From Octopus bimaculoides (Eukaryota), in the NCBI RefSeq assembly GCF_001194135.2, contig NC_068994.1, forward strand, positions 2,759,041 to 2,823,040: 64,000 nt of DNA, in the 5' to 3' direction. The notes below the pieces were generated by a model, which made no database searches, had not been told where the DNA came from, and worked only from the letters and a program-made list of their open reading frames with translations. Made by a program: the position numbers and the translations under genes. This document shows, in pieces, positions 1 to 11,530 of this stretch. How positions within the stretch are numbered: position 1 is the first letter of the stretch; each line of letters begins with the position of its first letter.

Positions 1-234
1 ATACACCATTTTGAGCATGGGCGTTGCCAGTACCGCCTGACTGGCCTTCGTGCCAGTGGCACGTAAAAGCACCCACTACACTCTCTGAGTGGTTGGTGTT
101 AGGAAGAGCATCCAGCTGTAGAAACTCTGCCAAATCAGATTGGAGTCTGGTGTAGCCATCTGGTTTCACCAGTCCTCAGTCAAATCGTCCAACCCATGCT
201 AGCATGGAAAGCAGATGTTAAACGATGATGATGA
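1..234 (+). mobile_element. 3' tail of RTE-clade LINE (or tail-sharing SINE), 5' truncated by window edge
   Basis: GGCACGTAAAAGCACCCACTACACTCTC...GGAAGAGCATCCAGCTGTAGAAAC...AAACGATGATGAT is near-identical to the 3' end of the RTE copy at 52700-54150. Confidence 0.75.
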
Positions 235-261
235 TATATATATACATACACATACATATAT

Positions 262-488
262 ATATAAAAAATGTGGAAGGATGGTTTATGGGATTACCTT
301 AGGTTTCCCTTCCATAAAGGGTTTAGCTTTATGCCATATCGTCAGATCCCAAAACCTGTTAGCCCAAATTTTTAAGAGATCTTGGGCCAACAAGTTTTGG
401 GACCTGATGACACAACATAAAGGTAAACCCTTTATGGATAGAAAACCTAAGGTAATCCCATAAACCAGCCATCCCCATTTTTAATATA
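262..488. mobile_element. Fold-back MITE-like element (arms ~90-100 bp, 14-nt loop)
   Basis: TGGTTTATGGGATTACCTTAGGTTT...GTTAGCCCAA pairs with TTGGGCCAAC...AAACCTAAGGTAATCCCATAAACCA with scattered mismatches; TA at both outer ends. Confidence 0.75.
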
Positions 489-528
489 CCTTAGAGTGTG
501 CTACTTATGGATTTGTTTTTTACATATG

Positions 529-600
<72 letters not shown>
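529..600. repeat. (TA)n microsatellite; similar (TA)n/(TG)n/(CA)n tracts occur throughout (e.g. 2310-2375, 3990-4054, 8850-9040, 52345-52425, 63846-63910)
   Basis: Direct reading; these tracts produce the IYIY/CVCV/THTH ORFs. Confidence 0.95.
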
Positions 601-603
<3 letters not shown>

Positions 604-1227
604 ATAGCAAATGTAATGTGGAACAACAACAATAAAGTAAAAGATAATATTGATGTGACATGCCTTAATAAATTTTGTATTAGTTTAATATGTATAATGT
701 GTGTGTGTGTGTGTGTACTCATAAACTCACTACTGTTAGAGAAGTTTGTAAATTTGTATATTTTATGCCATGGCTAGCAGCTGCTCCTCGTGTTTTGAAC
801 AATCTCTATGTGTGAGAGAGAAAATGCTTCTGAAATGTTTGAGACCTTAATGAGAATATTTACATAAAGGAGGGGTATAGACAAGTGTTGCTAGGAGGTC
901 AAAGGAAAATGTGACAAATCGAAGTGTGGGGAGAATGATATTGATGAGTTAAACAGAAAGTGATAACTGTTATAGATGTGGCTGGGGCTCTTAAGCATGC
1001 AGCAGTTGTAAGAGTGTTGTGTGGATGTAAACATGTATTATCTAAACATTCAAAAATGCATTCACTCATTCCGATGTGAGAACCCACATCAAAGTTTATG
1101 GATTAATATAACCTACATTTATATGGAAGTATGCAAAAAAGCTCACAACTATACACACAAATGAAAAACACACTTATACACACTTGTGTATTTACGTGCA
1201 AGTGAAAATTACAGAAAAAAAAAGAGC

Positions 1228-1280
<53 letters not shown>

Positions 1281-2301
1281 CATACACACACTACCAAATG
1301 GGAAGAAAAAAAGATAGCACCAATGAATAGACACATACTCACATATCTACATATATCGCTCAAATCTGGAGAGCAGACAGGGAAGCTGGTTGTGACAGCC
1401 AGGTAAGTTGAAAGTTACATGAATTCTCACGTACAAATTAGAAAAGCATAAATATTAAAAACATTCCAAACTTAGAGAGCGACACTATTATATGTACATG
1501 CTCATATACTCATATCTACATGCACCCATACAAATTTGAGAATAGCATACGCAAACAACATATGAACATATATGCTCATTTTTTAATGTATAGTGTTAAT
1601 AATATAAATTATGTTTTCTATGTGTGTGCATTATTATCACTGTTGTTGTTGTTGTTGTCATTGCTGTTGCTGTTGTTGTTCTTGTTGTGTTTGTTAAAAA
1701 TTGATAGTCATAATTACATATACTAAAATACGAGAAGCTACCGAATTCATGAGAGTAGAATAGCAAAATAGTATTTGTGTTTATGTATGTACATATATAT
1801 TACAAACATAGGGAGACATAAACAAACACTTAATTCTTCAGCATACACACACACACATATATGAGAAAAAGAGAAAATTGCTTGTAAAAGAGCATATGAA
1901 TATACATGATTATACATGTGGTGTGAATGTATGACTGCAGTTCTTAGTGTATAAAACTAAGTTATAGAGTTGTATAGATATAAAAGTATCTATCAGGAAA
2001 TTTCTGCATGTTCTTTTCATATTACTTATTAATAGCAAATTGAAATAGTTTACTCTAATTGAGAAAACATTATTTAATGTTCATTTCATTTTTATATCTT
2101 TCAAATAGTATATCAGTTTGTCCAAATGTCTTTAATATGCAGTGTCTAATTCACATATATACTTTTTCAATGAATTAATATTTGTGCAACATAGGAAAAA
2201 GTTAACTGTAGCAGAGTATGTAATATCATTCTGTGCAATATATATGTGCACTTGCATATGTAGGTAATATATTCATTTATATATATATGCATGTATGTGT
2301 A

Positions 2302-2380
<79 letters not shown>

Positions 2381-2759
2381 ATATGTATATATATATATGT
2401 GTGTGTGTGTATGCATATATATTGTATATATATTTATATATACCTGTGTGTGTGTGTGTACCAATATGTGAGCGTGTGCACACGTAGTGGGTACATGTGT
2501 GGTGTGTGTATACACACACACACACACATATATATGTAATTGAGCCTTAGCTGTTCCTCATTTTCCTACTGATGTAACAGTTCCTTCATGTAGATGGTAT
2601 TGATGACTAAAAAGGCAATCTTCTGTGAATATATGGGAACAAAAATTCCAAAGAAGATTTGGTAGAGGGTATAGATTTTATTTCTTTTGATTTTATGCTC
2701 TTTTATTTATTTATTTAAAAAAAAGTTATTGTGTACTTTCAACTTCAAGGAGATCAGTT

Positions 2760-3450
2760 CTCATGGTGATAGAGTGACACCAGTTGAAGTGTTTCTGGAG
2801 CACATTATTTGAGGGTTAGCCTTAGCTGGTGGTTGTCTTTGTGGAAAAGGCATATTTTAGGTTTTTACATAATGGTTAGTTCCCAGAAGATAATTTCACA
2901 AGGTATCCCTTAACTTTCATTCTAACTGCAAGTCTTAACCATTACAGTTGGAGTTTCATAATGACTGATTTTATGCTTCAACTGTTGGTTTTTCTGGGAT
3001 AGTATTCTTGATGTTATAGTCCTTCTATTTGATGTATAAGATGCAAAGAATTTAGTTGATGGAAACAATCCAGCTTTTTTCATGTCAAATGATGAAGTAT
3101 CCGTGTTTTACAATCATACAATATGGAGAAGATATCTTGATAAATCATCAGTTTTGCTTTGGGATTAAATATTTGCTTTTTAAACAAATTTTGCCAGTTT
3201 TCCAAATGCTAGATACATTGATCCAATTCTGAGTTTCTCCTACTTTATTGAAAGTACAGTTGTTGGAACAATAGGGAAAAGAATCCACTTGTTTGAAGTA
3301 TGTATTCAAAATTATCATCATTTCTAATATATACTTGTATGAAGTATGTATAGAGATGGTGATGCTTAAATTATGGTTGTTAGTCTTTTGGTTTGGCAAG
3401 GATTTTGTTTTGTGAGGCAAGTCAGTCAGATGAATTGGTGAACCCAAAGC
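2760..3450 (-). mobile_element. Degenerate Penelope-like element, N-terminal/RT-proximal fragment
   Basis: Minus-strand translation near 2820-2870 gives PKICLFHKDNHQLRLTL, resembling the PKIHK..PLRPI motif of PLE RTs; many stops. Confidence 0.35.
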
Positions 3451-3464
3451 TGGAGTTCTTTTGT

Positions 3465-3494
<30 letters not shown>

Positions 3495-3496
<2 letters not shown>

Positions 3497-3570
3497 GCTG
3501 TATGGTTAAGGCCTTGGACTTAAGTTCCAATGGACATCTGTCCACGTGGGTCTGAACCCCATTGATGCTA
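3495..3570 (+). pseudogene. tRNA-Leu(TAA): tRNA-Leu(TAA) pseudogene; 5' acceptor strand replaced by (TG)n
   Basis: TGGCTGTATGGTTAAGGCC-TTGGA CT TAA GT TCCAA-TGGACATCTGTCCA-CGTGGG TCTGAAC CCCA-TTGATGCTA: perfect anticodon stem with TAA at 3521-3523, long variable arm, T-arm; closely follows the metazoan Leu-TAA pattern, A and B boxes mutated. Confidence 0.85.
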
Positions 3571-3574
3571 ATAT

Positions 3575-3679
3575 ATCACTAGTGATGGTGATGTTATGCC
3601 TCCATTCATCTTCCCACACAGCCTCAGACTCAACACGGATGCCTACATCAAGTGCCTGGAGGAGGTAGTGCTGCCCTGG
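3575..3679 (+). mobile_element. Tc1/mariner-superfamily transposase fragment (105 bp)
   Basis: Translates ITSDGDVMPPFIFPHSLRLNTDAYIKCLEEVVLPW, typical of the DDD catalytic region. Confidence 0.75.
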
Positions 3680-3943
3680 GCCCACAGCTACTTAACACCT
3701 TGCTAAAACATTTGAGAGATCTCCATGGAGTGGGGGTAGATATTTTCAAGAAACAATTTGACTTCTTGCTATCCAAGATCCCAGATGAACCAATATCAAG
3801 GCAGGAAACTCAAAAGGGAGCAGCAATGTCAAACTTTCTCCTGCACCAAAAGCCAATCACATAGGATTGACCAATTAAAAGGTGATTACACTGGTGGTAC
3901 ACCAGCATGGCCACAGCCTTAGGGCTGAAACATATAAAAGAAT
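3675..3943 (+). mobile_element. 3' end of CR1/L2-type LINE (ORF2 C-terminus plus 3' UTR)
   Basis: LGPQLLNTLLKHLRDLHGVGVDIFKKQFDFLLSKIPDEP...AAMSNFL matches the GP.LFN.LP...FK..LD..L..IPDEP C-terminal motif; followed by an A-rich tail. Confidence 0.7.
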
Positions 3944-3994
3944 ATATGCATATATACATGTATATATACATATATGTATCATATATATGTAAAT

Positions 3995-4054
<60 letters not shown>

Positions 4055-4330
4055 NNNNNNNNNNNNNNNNNNNNNNNNNNNNNNNNNNNNNNNNNNNNNN
4101 NNNNNNNNNNNNNNNNNNNNNNNNNNNNNNNNNNNNNNNNNNNNNNNNNNNNNNNNNNNNNNNNNNNNNNNNNNNNNNNNNNNNNNNNNNNNNNNNNNNN
4201 NNNNNNNNNNNNNNNNNNNNNNNNNNNNNNNNNNNNNNNNNNNNNNNNNNNNNNNNNNNNNNNNNNNNNNNNNNNNNNNNNNNNNNNNNNNNNNNNNNNN
4301 NNNNNNNNNNNNNNNNNNNNNNNNNNNNNN
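4055..4330. other. Assembly gap flanked by (TA)n
   Basis: Run of N. Confidence 1.
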
Positions 4331-4469
4331 TATATATATATATATATATAGCATGCAATGGATAAATTGTCACTATCACGTACTTTTAATTTTGCACGTG
4401 CACATTGTTTGTTTTTAATTTTGTTGCTTACAAAGTATAGTAGGGTCAGTTGGGAACCATCTGTGAGAA

Positions 4470-5060
4470 GAACAGCACCATGATGCAAGAGTTTCTACGG
4501 CTGGATGCCCTTCCTAATGCCAACCACTCCGAGAGTGTAGTGAGTGCGTTTTACATGCCACCGGTGGTACTGACAAAGGCCATGCTCAAATGGTGTTTTT
4601 TACGTGCCACCTGCATGGGAGTCAGTCCAATGTTTTGTTCACATACCACTGGCACAAGTGCCAGTAAGGCAAAGCTGGAAATGATCACACTCAAATGGTG
4701 CTTTTTACGTGCCACCGGCATGGAAGCAAGACTGCTGCTCTGGCAGGGATCCCGCTCGGATGGTGCTGTTAGTACTCCACTGGCACTATGAATGTATCCA
4801 CACACTCTCACATCCCTTCCCATGACCCATTGTCTGTATCGTTTCTTTAGTTCACTTCCTTGCTCCTTAAGTGTTTGCTCTAGCACCCCCATCACTACCT
4901 TCCACTTATCTTCTTCATCCATGTGTCTCTTCTACACCAAGACATCTGTGCTTGTCCCTCTATCACACACCTTTTTACACCTGGTAAGGTCACTCACTTT
5001 CATCTTCCCCTTCCAAATATTTCATTTTAGTAGTGAGGGCTTTTTGCCTTTCTCTTTCCT
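4470..5060 (-). mobile_element. RTE LINE 3' fragment (ORF2 end and tail)
   Basis: Reverse complement of the RTE tail (CTGGATGCCCTTCCTAA, TTTTACGTGCCAC) plus degenerate GR.RK.W.EV-like end (ORF 4551-4922). Confidence 0.65.
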
Positions 5061-5099
5061 CTGTTCTTTTGTCTTGCAAAGTTTCATGACAACCTCACT

Positions 5100-5990
5100 A
5101 GTACTAGTTGTAAGAAGCAGCCAGTACACTCCTTACAGTAATTAACTTTAAGAAAGATGTCCAGCCATAGAAACCATGCCAAAAATAACACTGGAGCCTG
5201 ACACAGCCCTGCAGCGTGGTGGTTCCCTGTCAAATTGTCCAACCTCTACCAGTATGGAAAGTGGACATTAAAAGACGATGGGGATACACACACATATGTA
5301 TGTATGCATACATACATAACTGTGTGTATAAGTATATATCTCTCTCCCATCCCTCATTTACCTATATATAAGAGACTGTATTAGTCCCCTGTAGTACCTT
5401 ACCTGAGCTCACCTTCCCTCCTCGATCTGTCTCCACTATGGCTCATAGTCTTTTATTTTTCATTTCTCTACCACCTGTGTCTTCTGCAAACAAGGAAGCC
5501 TTCTCTACCACCATTAGTAGAATTACTCATATATTGCTGCTATGATGGAAAGCCTACAAGGTACCCATGCACACCCACTAAAGTGATTTGTGAGCACACA
5601 GAAGTTAGGTGGAGTGCAATGTCCTTAGGTTTGTCTCATCAAGAATTTGACAACTTCTCTAGTGTTGTCCTCAAAATACATCCAGTACACACTGTAAAGC
5701 AGATAAAAAAATGAATGAATAAAGAATAAGGTTATGAGGTCCCTTTAGTCTTGTATCACCAAAGGCTTATCAACCTCTCTAGTGCTAGTGTCATGGGACA
5801 ATGTACCCTGTATACTCTGTAAAGTGACTGGTGATGTGAAGGGCATCCAGCTGTAGACATCAAACTAAAAGGATACAAATGAGCACCAGTCTTTGACAGC
5901 AGCAGGTTCCAATAAGAAAGGATTCAGACTGTGAGAACCTAACCAATCTATGTCAGCATGGAAAGCAAATGCAAAACAATAATAATGATG
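5100..5990 (+). mobile_element. Two to three degenerate RTE/SINE tail copies
   Basis: Repeated CAGTACACTC..TAAAG, GGGCATCCAGCTGTAG, GCATGGAAAG..GATGAT motifs. Confidence 0.55.
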
Positions 5991-7911
5991 ACGATATTGA
6001 TACATATAAGATATACATTATATTTTTCCGAAATACATGGTAACTGCAACTTCTAAATTTCGGTGGTTATTTTTCATTGGGCTTCTGATAAGCCATGACT
6101 CTCAGCAAAACTCCAATCCAAAGTCAGTCACTGTGAATTTTTAACACAGAAAATATTTAGTCTTTCATAGTAGTGAGTCCTGTTTCAGTGAATAATCTAA
6201 ATTGACTTTAATTCAATTTTTCTCAATGAATATTTCAAACACACCTACGCATTGATATATAAATTTATAATATGAATATAAATTTAAATATTGAACAAAG
6301 TTCTATGTTGACCAAAATATTCATGCTACATTGAATGTAAGCATTGCAACTATCTATAAAGAAAAGATATGTACAAATCTATGTGTTTGTATGTGTACAT
6401 GTGTATAATTCTACAGGAAAATTTGTATTGCCATAGGTGCAGTGAAGTGTTATTATAACTCGATTTGAAATTCTAGAAATATCTGATTTTGAAATAATCG
6501 CATCCCATTTTCCATTGCCTGAGAACACAGTCTGACATAAGACAATGGTGAAGAAGGTCATACATCCAACAACCATACCAGCCATAGCTATACTGTTGAC
6601 ATCAACAACTTTGCTGTCGTTAATTTAAGAATATATTGCTTCTTTATTCATCCTATAGAAATCTGTGGTACTCTATAGAAGCACACTGGCTAGTTAACTG
6701 TTCCAGCTTAGTTGTATTCAAAGAAGATTCTTCTGCTAGAAATGTGAAACCATAGCAACATTCTTAGTGATATTACAATACTTCTTACCTTCAACCTAAA
6801 CCCTCCACTTCTCCATTTCATCATCTTCAGACCCTCTAGCATTAGGTTGGCAAGTTGGTTGGTAGGTTGGCTGGTAAGTAGTTACATGGCTTGCTGCCTC
6901 AGGTTCAATTTCTGACTGATGATAACTAATCATGTTCTTTTAGGACCCCTAGGGTTATAAGTTTTTTCTTTCTCTATTGTTGAATCAGCAGAGAAATGAC
7001 TGGAGAAAATAAATAACTAATCAAGAAGACAGAAAGATGAAATATTCTACAGAAATAAAGAATAGAGTATATATCAAGATGAAAAGGCAGTTTTCTTTGA
7101 AATCTATTGACTTGACTCCTTTCTAAGGAAGCAGTTGATTTAATTATATTATATATACTTATTAGTTTTCTTTCTTTTCACAGTGTAAAGTTTTCAGCTA
7201 AATATCTCTAACTCATCTTCCTACTTGCAATACTCTGAGGCATATTTTGTCTTCTTGTCTTCATTTTTATCTTTTTTAATTTCTGTTTTTCTCCCACTAC
7301 CTTTATTTACTTCCTATCCCCTTCTCTCTATTTTCATGTATGTTTTTGTCTTTTTTTTTTATTTAGAATATTCTCTCTTCTTCACTTCAATCTTTCCTTT
7401 ATTAATCTTTTCTCTCAACATTATTTCCATTTTCATCTTACATCTCTCATTGCTTCATTTTAATTTAACCTTTCTTTCTCTTATTAATATTTATTAACTT
7501 TTTTTACCTTCCATTTCTAACAACACTTCATTTTTGTCCCCTTGTAAATGTGTTCATTTTTCTTTTCTCCGCATATCTTTCATTTTATTCCTTCATATAT
7601 TATTTACATTTTACTCTTCTTCCAAATTCTACTTCTCTTCATCAATATAACTATCATCAAGCCGCTGCTGCTGTTACTACTACTACTACTACTGCTGCTG
7701 CTGCATAATCACTTCTCTTTAAATAGCAAATAACAACCATAAATATTCTGGAGTTTACCAAACATTGAATAAAGTCACTAAGTTTAGGTTTCTTTAGTTC
7801 GTGGTAGAGAACAATTTAGAAATAAAAGGATTTTGCAAATCAGTGTGAAGATAAAGTAGACAGCTTTTCACACCAAACCATTAGAAAGTATCAGTATTTT
7901 CTAGCATTAAC

Positions 7912-7942
7912 ATCAGAAGCTACTCACTGAGTAGCTTCTGAT
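7912..7942. repeat. Perfect 15-bp-arm palindrome with 1-nt spacer
   Basis: ATCAGAAGCTACTCA c TGAGTAGCTTCTGAT. Confidence 0.95.
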
Positions 7943-8931
7943 AGTATCACCATAATCTTCATCATAATAATGATCATCATCAGCATCAATGTTTTCATGT
8001 CACATATTTATGAGTTTCACTGAAACCACTATCAATATCAGTATCACATTTTCACATTATAGCAATATCAACTCATCCATTCCCTGACCAACATCCTATT
8101 CATGACCATCATCCTTATTATTTACTCATAACATTCTAAATTAATGGACCTCTTCATTGGATACTCAAAGCAATTACTTCAAAGCAAAGAAGAGTGTGTT
8201 GATGCACGCTAGTGGATAATATTGAATGGTATTGGATTGCATATGTTATTTATTGTTTTTATTTTATTTTTTTTATAACACTTTTCCCTGCAGTCAAACA
8301 CCAAATAATTACTTCTGTCCCCAGTTGGCTCAATAATAGAATTGCTTAACAGCTATGCTGACAACCCCATAGTAATACTCTCCCTCAATACCAAGCTAGC
8401 TTTTGCATTACAATGAAGTTTCCTCTAACCCATGAGCCCTCCCACCCCTGGTTAAAGATAGTGGAAAGGGGAGCCAAAGCTTTCACACAGTGTGATTATT
8501 TCTAAAATATAAGAAAAAAAGATGAAAAAGTTGAGTGAAAAAAAAAAAAAGAAACTTTTTCCTTTTATAATAATCAGTCAATAGGCATTGCAGGGAAGCT
8601 GGTTGACAAGACTACGTCTCTAAACATAACAGCTATTGCTTGTATAGAAAATGCTCCACTGGCTCCTAGAATACACAAAACCAAAAGCTATTGTTGTTCA
8701 TCATTATATGAGGAAATGAATGCTGCTTCCAATGATTTGATGATGGGTTTTGCTCCCAAGAGATTTATAAAGAAATGATGATGGCTTTGTTTTCTGAGAT
8801 TTATTTTTGAGTGCACACATTATCTCTCTGTCACTCCTTCACCCTCTCTCTCTATATATATATATATATATACATATATGTATGTAGATATATATGTGTG
8901 TGTGAGCGTGTGTGCGTGTGTGTGTGTGTGG

Positions 8932-8973
<42 letters not shown>

Positions 8974-9001
8974 GTATACATATACATACATAAATACAAA
9001 C

Positions 9002-9038
<37 letters not shown>

Positions 9039-10163
9039 TTTATATACGTGCATACACTTATACATCAAATGTATACATACAGACATCTCTAATGCAATAA
9101 AATGTATTATATCAATGCATTTTTCTATCAAATAATTTTAGCTTTTTTAAAAAATAGAAAAATTTCTGTGTGTTGAACCCACTGTTCTTTCATGAGATCA
9201 ATAATCTTGCATGCATATACTTACATCTAAATGTTAATATATGTATATTTATAGGAATACCATTAAATTGTCTAACTATGGTTTAAGTCCTCTGAAATGT
9301 TTTAGCTTGAATAGCAAGTTAAACTTTAAATCAAAAGTTAGGTAGATGCATATATTGTTTATATAACATACATTCACTATAATTCTTTGAACTTAGCTTT
9401 CACTTATTCCAATAGTTATATCATTTTACTATTTATATAAGGATATTTTACTATTGATTCTTATATTTAAGCTCAAATATTAAAATATGTTTATGTTGTG
9501 TACGTATGCATTTAAATACATTCTTTCCTTTTTTCGTTTGAGAATGCATTCACTTTACACTTTTTGAAAAATGTCTCAAATCAGTTGAAAATATTACAAA
9601 ATACATAATCCTTCTTAGAGTGAAAATATTACCTAAGTATTTTTCATCTGATGATTTGTTTTATTCGTTTATTTTTTACCTTCTACTTTAATGTGCATAT
9701 CTATATTGCTGAGCTGTTATTGTATTCTTTCTTTGGACTTAAACTTTATTTCTATATACATTTGCTAAACTGTATGTAACAGGTGAACCTGAATCACTTT
9801 CTTGGGTTCTATTTTATTTTTGCTCCCTTCTTCATCTTAAAGTCTCAAAAAATTCCTTATAGCTTTGCTGCTTAACTTAAATGAAGGAGATCATGCATAA
9901 CTGTGTAACTGAAAAGTTTCATTCCCAAATATGCAGTTTGGGATTAAATTCCACAGGACAGCATTTTCAGCAAGTGTGTTCTACAAAAGCTTTGTGATGG
10001 ATTTGATATATATGAACTGAACAATGACCTCTGTGTGTGTGTATGTGTGTGTGTGCATGTGCGTGTGTGTGTGTGTGTGTGTGTGTATTTCGTCTTTGTA
10101 TTCAGTTAGCAAGATTCTTGATGTGAAATTGTGTGTTGGTACAAATTTTGTTAATAATACATG

Positions 10164-10563
10164 CACAGATTCAATTCCTCCACTTCTTTATTATTTGTCA
10201 ATTAGTTAAATATCTAACCAACTAACTAACCAATCATTTGTTCAATGTGTTGGTTAAACAATCAATCAGTTGTTTGTTTGTCCATCAAAGGTCTTTCATT
10301 GCCGTTTGCAACTTATTCAATGACTTGTGACTCCTAACTTGCTCCAATGCCTGCTTTCAAGACAGACAAAAGCAGGCCTTGAAGCAAGCAAAGAGTCACA
10401 GGTCATTGAAAATGTTGTGAACAGCAATGAAAGAACTTTGACAGACAAACAAACAACTGGCTGATTGTTTAACTAACATGTTAAACAAACAATTCATTAG
10501 TTAGTTGGTAGGTTAGATATTTTACCAATTGACTAATAATAAAGAAATGGAATTGAACCTGTG
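10164..10563. repeat. Diverged fold-back inverted repeat A (arms ~190 bp, short loop near 10355-10370)
   Basis: e.g. TATCTAACCAACTAACTAA vs TTAGTTAGTTGGTAGGTTAGATA; CTTTCATTGC vs GCAATGAAAG; CACAGATTCAATTCC vs GGAATTGAACCTGTG. Confidence 0.85.
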
Positions 10564-10669
10564 TTTTGTGTTATTATTATTTATTATTATTTGTGTAATG
10601 ATTCCCCCAAGACACAATTATACATATATATATATATATATATATATCTCACATAGACACACACATTTT

Positions 10670-11530
10670 ATTAAAACTGGAAAAAATCTTCACAATCTGC
10701 TGCTCAGAGTTTCATGTGACAGTTCATCAGACAGTTGTAATGATACAAAATGATTAAATTATGTGAGCATATATAATATAGTCTTTAGTAGATACAGTTT
10801 AATGAATAAGCATTTCAATCTGATCAGTTTACTACCTTCAAAAATTAACAGTATATAATTGGTTGCCTATGGAGATTGACATAAAAGGAGAAATAAATAT
10901 AAAATATAAACAATAGTTGAATCAAAAAATATTTGTGTAAAAGCTGGTGAACAAAAGAATAGAATAAAATAGATATGTCCAGAAATAGGAATTGCAAATA
11001 ATTAGAAAGTATATAATAGAAGTCAGAAAGAGGGGTTTCAAATTGAAATTAGAATTAATATTAAAGATTAAAAGATGGAGATGAGAATAAAATAAGTAAA
11101 CAAACGAAAGATACAAAAAATATTCTCTTCTACAGCTTTTAATCTAATTCTAATTTCTATTTTAAACCCCTCTTTTTGATTCTATTATATTCCTTTTAAT
11201 TATTTGCAATTTACATTTCTAGACATATTCTATTTTATCCTATTTTGTTTATTCACTTTTACACAAAGTTTTTTTCATTCAAATATTGTTTATATTTATT
11301 TCTCCTCTAAGGTCAAGCCCCACTGACAGCCAATTATACACTGTTAATTTTTTTTAAGTAATAACCCAGTCAGATTGAAATGCTTGTTCAGAGAACTGTA
11401 TTCACTGAAGATTATATTATATTATATATACTCATATAATTTAATTATTCTATATTATCATGACTGTCTGATAAAAGGTCATCTGAAACTCTGAATAACA
11501 GTTTGTGAAGATTTTTTCAGCTTCAATGAA
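10670..11530. repeat. Diverged fold-back inverted repeat B (arms ~420 bp, loop ~30 nt near 11090-11120)
   Basis: e.g. AAAAAATCTTCACAA vs TTGTGAAGATTTTTT; AAGCATTTCAATCTGA vs TCAGATTGAAATGCTT; GAGGGGTTT vs AAACCCCTC; collinear along the whole length. Confidence 0.85.

Noticed and set aside
496-2527. ORFs rich in IYIY, CVCV, THTH (also 3875-4488, 8811-9135, 11583-11843, 26292-27144)
   Set aside because: Translations of (TA)n/(TG)n microsatellites or N gaps; not genes.
3148-3447. ORF with MGSPI and FKQVD resembling the PLE RT 'QxxG.AMGSP' motif
   Set aside because: The motifs are in the wrong order for an RT core; kept only as a low-confidence degenerate PLE region.
7200-7733. Hydrophobic ORFs (7225-7497, 7548-7733) suggesting membrane proteins
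   Set aside because: Pyrimidine-rich low-complexity DNA translating to F/L/S; no gene structure.
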